DNA from: a bacterium | Lineage (GTDB): Bacteria > UBA8248 | DNA: 64,000 nucleotides | NCBI GenBank assembly: GCA_965204535.1 | Contig: CBDBEV010000001.1 | Coordinates: forward strand, 672,001 to 736,000 | Direction: 5' to 3' | Shown here: positions 57,243 to 64,000 of the stretch, piece by piece | Layout: each line of letters opens with the position of its first letter | Numbering within the stretch: the stretch's first letter is position 1 | Notes under the pieces: generated by a model | What the model was told of the DNA's origin: nothing | The model's database searches: none | The model's input: only the letters and a program-made list of their open reading frames with translations | Position numbers and translations under genes: made by a program

Positions 57243-57649
57243 AGTTTGCTCCCGCAGGATGACGTGTGTCGGCTAAGCGCCGCTTTTCCAAAGAGATACC
57301 CCAGAGTCCGCCGTGTTGCAAACATCGCGGCTTCGGAGTCGTTCGATCTGCCGGGAAAGGTTTGCGTCTTCTGGCGGCTGGATTTGCGCTTTCTTTCGTA
57401 GCAGGATTCGACCCGATGACACAATGGATTCAGGCGAATTGACAGGTCGACCATCCAGAGGGTTGACTTAATTTGAAAGGTGGATTACTTGAGTGGAGCA
57501 GGTTTGATTTCCTGGCGGTTCCGATTTGATTAGAAGTCAATTTTAGAGGTCCTGCATCTGAAGCCACCGATATCGTGTGCGAATGATTGCGCGCACGCTT
57601 TTTGAAAACAGTTGCTGCCAACCTGAAAAATAATTTGAGAGGAGTAGGC

Positions 57650-58390
57650 ATGGTTCCCAAACGCTTTCCATTGTGCTGGATGTTTGCGGTGTTGTTGAGC
57701 ATCGCATTGGCTGGCTCCGCGGACGCTTATAAAGCAGGCAAGGTAAGTGGCGGCGGTTCGATTACAGGGGCAATCAAGTTCGACGGCGCGGCCCCGAAAC
57801 TAAAAACGTTGTCCGTGAATAAAGACAAGAAAGTTTGCGCAAAAAAACCGATCAAGGATGAGAGTCTGGTCGTGAAAGACGGCGGCGTGGTATGGGCCGT
57901 CGTGTCCTTGAAGGGTGTGAAATCCGGCAAGAAATGGTCGAAGAGCCAGAAAAAAGCGACGATGGACCAAAAAGGATGCGTGTACCTTCCCCGCGTGGTC
58001 GTAATGAAACCAAAGACGAAACTGTTGATGAAGAACAGTGACAAAATTCTCCACAACGTTCACACCCACCCTGGCAAAACGGGGAACTCGGTAGCCAATA
58101 TCGCGCAGCCCAAGTTCAAGAAAAAACTGAGAATGTCGACCCGCTATTTCAAGAAGCCCGGCATCATGAAAGTGACCTGTGACGTTCATGACTGGATGAG
58201 GGGCTATATCGTCGTGGCGGATAATCCCTATGTCGGCATCACGGGCTCCGGGGGGAAATTCGAGATCAAAGATGTTCCCGCAGGCTCTTATACCCTCGAG
58301 ATTTGGCACGAGGTTTTGGGAAAGAAATCCATGAAAGTGTCTGTAAAAGGTGGTGCTGCCACGGCAGTGAACGTAACGCTGAAAAAATAA
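57650..58390 (+). CDS. secreted cupredoxin-like / carboxypeptidase-regulatory-like domain protein
   Basis: Signal peptide; MDQKGC, NSD.ILHNVH, CDVHDWM, WHE.LG; Lys-rich. Confidence 0.7.
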   Translation: MVPKRFPLCWMFAVLLSIALAGSADAYKAGKVSGGGSITGAIKFDGAAPKLKTLSVNKDKKVCAKKPIKDESLVVKDGGVVWAVVSLKGVKSGKKWSKSQKKATMDQKGCVYLPRVVVMKPKTKLLMKNSDKILHNVHTHPGKTGNSVANIAQPKFKKKLRMSTRYFKKPGIMKVTCDVHDWMRGYIVVADNPYVGITGSGGKFEIKDVPAGSYTLEIWHEVLGKKSMKVSVKGGAATAVNVTLKK

Positions 58391-58406
58391 TCCCAAACCA
58401 GACATG

Positions 58407-58440
58407 AAAAAGCGGCGGTGAAAGAACCGCCGCTTTTTTT
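58407..58440. terminator. bidirectional intrinsic terminator
   Basis: aaaaagcggcggt-gaaaga-accgccgcttttttt between convergent genes. Confidence 0.85.
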
Positions 58441-58460
58441 GTGTTTGATTTTGAGCTTTT

Positions 58461-59648
58461 TTATCCCTTTTTTCTGCCTGCCGCGATTGCGGATATTGCA
58501 TTTGCAATCGAGTCCATTTCTCCTTCCGTGTTCAAATAATGAATGGAAACCCTCACGGCGGGAGGCTCCGTGACCACTGCCCGGAGAATGATTTGGTGTT
58601 TTCTGTATAGCCTGTCCACTACGTTTTGAGATTCGACGTTTTTCATCCGAAAAGAAACCAGACCAGACTGAGCCTCGCCTTCAGGCGTACTGACTTCAAC
58701 ATTCTCGAGCCCACGGATTTGCGACATCAGGCGATTCGCCAGCGCGAGAATTCTTTTTTCGATGGATACGGGTCCTGTTCTCTTGAAGTGTTCGACCGCA
58801 GCACGGAATCCCAGGAAACCGGGTGTATTGAGCGTGCCGACTTCATAGCGCATCGCGCTCGTCTCAGGGGTAAACGACAGGGTTTTTAATCTCTTTTTTT
58901 GCGCCGAGCGAAAACTTGCGGATGAAAGCTGAATCTTTTTGCCTGCCCCGCGCCTTATATACACGGCGCCCGTGCCGTCCGGACCCATCAGCCACTTCTG
59001 GCCGGAAATGGTGTAGACATCTACGCCGGTGTCTTTGATTTTGACTGGTATGTGTCCTACGGACTGGGCGCCGTCCACGATGAGGAGGGCGCCTGCGGAG
59101 ACGCAAATTCGCCCGATTGCTTCGAGAGGGAGTCTCCTGCCATTTAGCCACGAAATATGACTCACGCAAACCACCCTTGTTTTTGGCGTGATGGCCTTTT
59201 CCAGGTTTCGGAGAAGCTCCTCGTCATTTTGACCGGTTTTGAATAGTTTCACCTTGATGGGATTTCTCTTCCGCCATACCAACCAGGGCAGGTAGCCGCC
59301 CGGATGCTCCAAATCCGAGACGAGCACCTCGTCTCCTGGATCCCAGTTTAGTCCTGCAGCCGCTATGTTGATTCCGACCGTCGTATTGTTTGTCAGGGCG
59401 ATTTCCGAGGTTTCGGCGCCGATGAGTTTCGCGCAGCTCTCTCGGGTGCGCTGCAGGGCCGTGGTGGTTTCATTCCTGATTTCCGGGTGAAACGAGCCGA
59501 GTTCCAAGTCGCGTTTCGTGAACTTGTCCATTTCACGAAGAATCGATTTCGATGATGGCCCTCCGCCACCCCAATTCACGTAAATTTGATTTCTCAGGGC
59601 CGGGACATCGGAACGCAGCCGTTTGATTTTGCTCTTATCGAGAGGCAT
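58461..59648 (-). CDS. class V PLP enzyme (cysteine/cystine C-S lyase-like)
   Basis: YVNWGGGGP, NTT.GIN, EHP, DGAQSVGH, SGQKWLMGP.G.G, YEVGT. Confidence 0.82.
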   Translation of the reverse strand: MPLDKSKIKRLRSDVPALRNQIYVNWGGGGPSSKSILREMDKFTKRDLELGSFHPEIRNETTTALQRTRESCAKLIGAETSEIALTNNTTVGINIAAAGLNWDPGDEVLVSDLEHPGGYLPWLVWRKRNPIKVKLFKTGQNDEELLRNLEKAITPKTRVVCVSHISWLNGRRLPLEAIGRICVSAGALLIVDGAQSVGHIPVKIKDTGVDVYTISGQKWLMGPDGTGAVYIRRGAGKKIQLSSASFRSAQKKRLKTLSFTPETSAMRYEVGTLNTPGFLGFRAAVEHFKRTGPVSIEKRILALANRLMSQIRGLENVEVSTPEGEAQSGLVSFRMKNVESQNVVDRLYRKHQIILRAVVTEPPAVRVSIHYLNTEGEMDSIANAISAIAAGRKKG

Positions 59649-59680
59649 TTTTCATTCCTTATAAAGGGAATAAAGGGATT

Positions 59681-61591
59681 TTATCTTGCGTCTGGTCGAA
59701 GCACTCTTTTATCTTCCACCCGTAAGGTAATCCGCGCAGTATCAAAATATTCAAGCAAAGGTATGGCGTGTTTTCTGGTAATACCCAGGAGATCCCGAAA
59801 TTCCGCCGCCGTAATTTCGTTGTTTTGCGATAGATGCTCTCTAAGAAGGTTTTCTGCTTCGCTCAAAGCGAGCCGATGGTAGACAATGTTGTCTTTCAGC
59901 CGCAATAAAACATCTTGATCGATGAGGAGTTGCAGAGCGTTTCGATTTGAGTTGCCTTTGCCGCCGCTTTGTGAGAATGCGTCTTCGACGGATGGCGGTT
60001 GAAAATGGGCATTCTTGAAAACAGACTCCAGTTTCGTTTTCACTTCTCCGAGCGTTTCATCAATTTCTACTGAATGGGAAGCGAGTCTTAAGGTGGCGCC
60101 ATTTTCAACGATTTCGTTCGATTCGCTTAAGTATCTGAGTGCGGCAGCAAAGATTTTCTCATTGATGTCGCCCGCCTTGCCGCGAACTTCTTCTCTGGGC
60201 GCCCCTGTGCGAAGAGGGTTTTGAGCATGGTATTCATTCAAAAAAGAAAGAATATTTTTCTGGGCTGTATTGAAATGCGCCGTTGTCATGGAGAAGAAAT
60301 TGGCTTGGTCGATAATTTGCACTTCTCCCTGGGCGGATAATTCCTGAATGGATTTCTGGATGTCGCTTGGCTTTAATGTGAGACGGCCTGTGAGGTCAGC
60401 GAGTTCGACTCCGTTCAACCGGGCATCCCGGAGCAATATGAGCAGTCTTTCCGTCTCATCTCCTTGATAGAGTGATTTCAGATGATCTAGGGATGAACTC
60501 CGCAGTCGCCTATGCTTGCGAGGCATGATATCCAGGATTTCCCCGCCACCTATCGTGATGATTGGCGAATAACTCCGGATGACGAATCGGTCTCTGGGTA
60601 GTACGACGATAGGTTCCTCCAGCCGTATCTGGGCAAATGAGCTATCTCCCGGTTCAAGCACGTCTCGTCCGATGAGAGATATCCTGCCCATGATTTCGGC
60701 GGTCCCTGCATGGAACCGGATCCGATTGCGGGTTTTCAGCGGGCGGGGCGCGTCGGCCAGATGTTCCAGGTGAACGTCGAGCATATACGTTGACTTCAGT
60801 TCGCCACGATGACCGATAATGTCTCCCCTGAACACTTCGGTCCGCTCGAGACCCTGTAGATTCACGGCGGTTCTGAGGCCGGCAGTCGATTTTTCCACGG
60901 ACTCCCCATGTACTTGCAGGCCACGAACGCGCGCCTGAAGAGTCCTGGGATAAACTTCAACCTGCTCACCTACAGCCACACTCCCACTGAACAAGGTTCC
61001 CGTAATCACGACCCCGAAGCCCCGCATCGTGAATACTCGGTCAACCGGTATGCGAAATATGCCCGTTTCGCTTTTCGCAGGTGTTTGATTAGCGATTTCG
61101 CTTACGGCTTTTTTGAGATTTTCCAGACCATCCCCGGTGTGAGCCGAAACTAGCACGATGGGTTTTTCTTCCAGGAATGTATCTTTTACGAAGTCTAGTA
61201 TGTCGTCCGTGACAAGTTCGACCCATTCCGGTTCGACCAGGTCTGTCTTGGTGAGCACGATGAGACCTGTTTTTATGCCGAGAAGTCGGCAAATGGATAG
61301 GTGTTCCCTCGTTTGCGGCATGATGCCTTCATCGGCAGCAACGATCAGCATGACCAAATCGATACCGCCGACTCCCGCCAGCATGTTCTTTACGAATCGT
61401 TCATGGCCCGGAACGTCCACGATGCCTGCGTGGACATTGTCGAGAGTTAACTCGGCGAACCCGAGTTCGATCGTGATACCGCGTTCTTTTTCCTCTTTGA
61501 GGCGATCGGTATCTGTGCCGGTCAATGCTTTGACGAGAGAGGTTTTGCCGTGATCGATGTGGCCGGCGGTTCCGATGACAACATGTTTCAT
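59681..61591 (-). CDS. selB: selenocysteine-specific translation elongation factor
   Basis: [37 protein letters not shown]-terminal winged helices [15 protein letters not shown]. Confidence 0.97.
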   Translation of the reverse strand: MKHVVIGTAGHIDHGKTSLVKALTGTDTDRLKEEKERGITIELGFAELTLDNVHAGIVDVPGHERFVKNMLAGVGGIDLVMLIVAADEGIMPQTREHLSICRLLGIKTGLIVLTKTDLVEPEWVELVTDDILDFVKDTFLEEKPIVLVSAHTGDGLENLKKAVSEIANQTPAKSETGIFRIPVDRVFTMRGFGVVITGTLFSGSVAVGEQVEVYPRTLQARVRGLQVHGESVEKSTAGLRTAVNLQGLERTEVFRGDIIGHRGELKSTYMLDVHLEHLADAPRPLKTRNRIRFHAGTAEIMGRISLIGRDVLEPGDSSFAQIRLEEPIVVLPRDRFVIRSYSPIITIGGGEILDIMPRKHRRLRSSSLDHLKSLYQGDETERLLILLRDARLNGVELADLTGRLTLKPSDIQKSIQELSAQGEVQIIDQANFFSMTTAHFNTAQKNILSFLNEYHAQNPLRTGAPREEVRGKAGDINEKIFAAALRYLSESNEIVENGATLRLASHSVEIDETLGEVKTKLESVFKNAHFQPPSVEDAFSQSGGKGNSNRNALQLLIDQDVLLRLKDNIVYHRLALSEAENLLREHLSQNNEITAAEFRDLLGITRKHAIPLLEYFDTARITLRVEDKRVLRPDAR

Positions 61592-61639
61592 AAGGTGGTT
61601 TCGTCTTCGTGTTTGATAGGCGAAATATGAAAATATCGA

Positions 61640-62443
61640 TCAGTCATGGCGATGGATGAATTCCAGGATGGACTCATTGAATTCAAGCGGTTTCTCGATA
61701 TATACGAAATGGCCGCCTTCATCAAAAATCTTCAATTCGGCTTCAGGGATGGCATCACTTAGTTGATGAGAATAATACGGCGGAGTGACAACATCGTCTC
61801 TTGCAACGGCCACCAGCACTGGACATGTGATTTGACCCAAGCGATCCAACTGATCGTGCGCAATAATGCAGTCGATTCTCTCGGCCATGATCTCGGCGGG
61901 AGGCGCGTTTGCGATCGATTGTTCTTCCTGCATTTGAATTTCTTGAAAGTTATCGGCGAAAAACTTCGGGCTATGCAATGTGAATGTGGAAAATCTTGTA
62001 TAGGTTTCCCATCCCATTTCAAGTAGAACTTCTTTGCGTACGCTGAACTGGCGGGTGAAATATGCGTCGCTCTTGGGCCAGGAACTTACGATAGACCCGC
62101 TTTTGACACGCTCGGGATAGTCGATACACATCACCTGGATGATAGCGCCCCCCGTTGAACTGCCGACGAGATGCGCTTGTTCTATTTCAAGATCATTCAT
62201 GATGGCGATGATATCTTTCGCCATGTTGGGGACGCTATAAACCCCACTCGGTTTGTCGCTCTTTCCCGTTCCTCTATGGTCATGAAGGATAAGCGGTCTC
62301 GTAGCGGAAAAGGCGTCGATTTGCTTTGCCCATATACCGCGAATACCCCCCAGCCCGGTGATTAGGAATACAGGCGTATCGGTATGCTGGGGATTGATGA
62401 TTTCATAATCTATTGCAACACCTTCGGAATTTACGGTTGGCAT
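61640..62443 (-). CDS. alpha/beta fold hydrolase (RutD/PcaD-like)
   Basis: GLGG, DHRGTG.S, GSSTGG nucleophile elbow, DD..TP, GGH. Confidence 0.85.
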   Translation of the reverse strand: MPTVNSEGVAIDYEIINPQHTDTPVFLITGLGGIRGIWAKQIDAFSATRPLILHDHRGTGKSDKPSGVYSVPNMAKDIIAIMNDLEIEQAHLVGSSTGGAIIQVMCIDYPERVKSGSIVSSWPKSDAYFTRQFSVRKEVLLEMGWETYTRFSTFTLHSPKFFADNFQEIQMQEEQSIANAPPAEIMAERIDCIIAHDQLDRLGQITCPVLVAVARDDVVTPPYYSHQLSDAIPEAELKIFDEGGHFVYIEKPLEFNESILEFIHRHD

Positions 62444-62503
62444 CGGAAAATTATCCCTTCTTATTGTGATAACGAGAAAAGTACTTGTACGGAAGGTATA
62501 AGG

Positions 62504-63946
62504 TTACTTTGCAAATTCGTTGAGAATCACGCCAAGCTGATCCATTTCACCTTCTCGAATACACCGCAGATCCAGTATCACTTTATCCTCATGAATGCGC
62601 GCCACGACAGGTGGAGTCGCATTACGTAACTTGGTTTCCAACGATTTGGCGGAAGAGTTTTTGGGAGATAATGTCACGGCGTAGCTTTCAAGTTCCGCCA
62701 AGGGCATAGCCCCGCCGCCTACCATACCCGACGTTTCCTCCACCCTGGCGCCAAGTGCGGAACAAGTGTGTTTCCCCATGAGATTCATCAGGGATTCCGC
62801 CTGTTTTTTCAGCTTTTCCCGGTTGGTGGATAACATGTAAAGTGTCGGAATCTGAGTGTGGGCGGCATCAGGATCGAGATATGCCCTGAGTGTCGCCTCC
62901 AAGGCGGCGAGCGTAAGCTTGTCGAGCCTGAGAATGCGCATGAGCGGGTGTTTTTTCATTTTTCCCACCCATGTCGCCTTGCCTACAACAATGCCGGCCT
63001 GCGGGCCACCGAGAAGTTTGTCCCCGGAAAAGGTAACGACATCGATTTCTGCCTGAATTGATTCAATGGCGGTGGGTTCATGCGGCAGACCATCGACATG
63101 AAGAAGCGAGCCGCTCCCGAGATCTTCCAGCGTGGGTATATTTGTTTCCTTGCCGAGTTTCGAGAGTTCATCGCGAGATGTTTCTTCCGTGAAGCCGACA
63201 ATCCTGTAATTACTGGTATGCGCTTTGAGCAGCAAAGCCGTATCTTGGGTAATGGCGTTGCGGTAGTCGGATATTCTCGTTTTGTTTGTCGTTCCTACTT
63301 CTACCAATTTTGCGCCGCTTTGCCGCATGATATCCGGGATTCGGAAAGAACCGCCAATTTCGACTAACTCGCCCCTGGAAACGATCACCTCGGCGGAATT
63401 GGCCATCGTATGAATCGCGAACATCACGGCGGCAGCGTTATTGTTGACGACAAGCGCCGCCTCCGCCCCTGTTAGTTGGCAAAGGAGAGATTCCACGTCG
63501 GACCCTCTTTTCCCTCTCCGCCCGAGGCTCAAATCGAATTCCAGATTTGAATATCCTTGCGCTACCTCATCTAGTGCCGCCCTTGCTGCCTCACTTAACG
63601 GGGCTCGACCCAGATTTGTATGCAGGACGATTCCTGTGGCGTTGATGACTTTTTTTAGCCCGAGTTGTTTGTTCGAGGTAAGTATTTGTTTTGCTTCATC
63701 GAGAACAATATCCCGAAGCGTTTGCTCGCACAGCGATGCGTTTTCCGCAGTATTCGGGAATTCCTGGTTTATTTGCTCGAGCAGAAGCTGTCTTTTTATT
63801 CCGATTGCTTTTCTGACGGCATCGGATAGGGCGGTGTCTGATGAGCCGTTGACACCGTCATTTTTAAGGCGGGTAACGATTTCATCCACCGAAGGCAATA
63901 GTCGAAGCAGCTTGGATGGAAGATTTCGAGCGTTTGGAGAAGTCAT
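62504..63946 (-). CDS. selA: L-seryl-tRNA(Sec) selenium transferase
   Basis: LPSVD, INATGIVLHTNLGRA, VNNNAAA, ELVEIGGSFRIPD, FSGDKLLGGPQAG. Confidence 0.97.
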   Translation of the reverse strand: MTSPNARNLPSKLLRLLPSVDEIVTRLKNDGVNGSSDTALSDAVRKAIGIKRQLLLEQINQEFPNTAENASLCEQTLRDIVLDEAKQILTSNKQLGLKKVINATGIVLHTNLGRAPLSEAARAALDEVAQGYSNLEFDLSLGRRGKRGSDVESLLCQLTGAEAALVVNNNAAAVMFAIHTMANSAEVIVSRGELVEIGGSFRIPDIMRQSGAKLVEVGTTNKTRISDYRNAITQDTALLLKAHTSNYRIVGFTEETSRDELSKLGKETNIPTLEDLGSGSLLHVDGLPHEPTAIESIQAEIDVVTFSGDKLLGGPQAGIVVGKATWVGKMKKHPLMRILRLDKLTLAALEATLRAYLDPDAAHTQIPTLYMLSTNREKLKKQAESLMNLMGKHTCSALGARVEETSGMVGGGAMPLAELESYAVTLSPKNSSAKSLETKLRNATPPVVARIHEDKVILDLRCIREGEMDQLGVILNEFAK

Positions 63947-64000
63947 GCTGCATCCCTTATATGAATACGATTGTCGACTATAAGATTGCAGGTTTTGAAT

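Noticed and set aside
57243-57649. tRNA-Sec (selC) near the sel genes
   Set aside because: No TCA anticodon arm or T-loop cloverleaf could be recognised by eye; tRNAscan-SE or Secmarker would settle it.

Overview
Bacterial chromosomal window, visibly high-GC over most of its length, with a dense heterotrophic scavenging gene set: LIV and NitT/TauT ABC transporters, a tripartite tricarboxylate transporter, two tandem SulP permeases, amidohydrolases, amidase, TauD dioxygenase, a CoA-transferase-like pair and a Rid protein. Housekeeping genes include pgsA-like, rluB, scpAB, panE, citrate synthase, chdC/hemQ, selA and selB. Main observations: (1) a CMD/AhpD-like gene that the ORF track splits in two is a selenoprotein, with an in-frame TGA in a CxxU motif, a bacterial SECIS hairpin directly behind it, and selA/selB in the same window; (2) an intact 3413-bp IS66-family element (perfect 26-bp TIRs, 8-bp target duplication) lacks tnpA/tnpB, has a long coiled-coil extension on TnpC and carries a DUF4338/DruA-like, possibly Mom-like DNA-modification passenger; (3) a lower-GC stand-alone 1250-aa RecD2-like helicase fused to a PD-(D/E)XK nuclease is a candidate defence gene; (4) intergenic mosaics of at least four palindromic repeat families are partly bracketed by IS-like ends; (5) several enzymes have non-canonical active sites or internal triplications; (6) composition shifts to lower GC after about 57.4 kb, covering the Sec machinery. 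No rRNA, tRNA (including selC) or CRISPR array was recognised. All family calls come from motif recognition by eye; no database searches were run.
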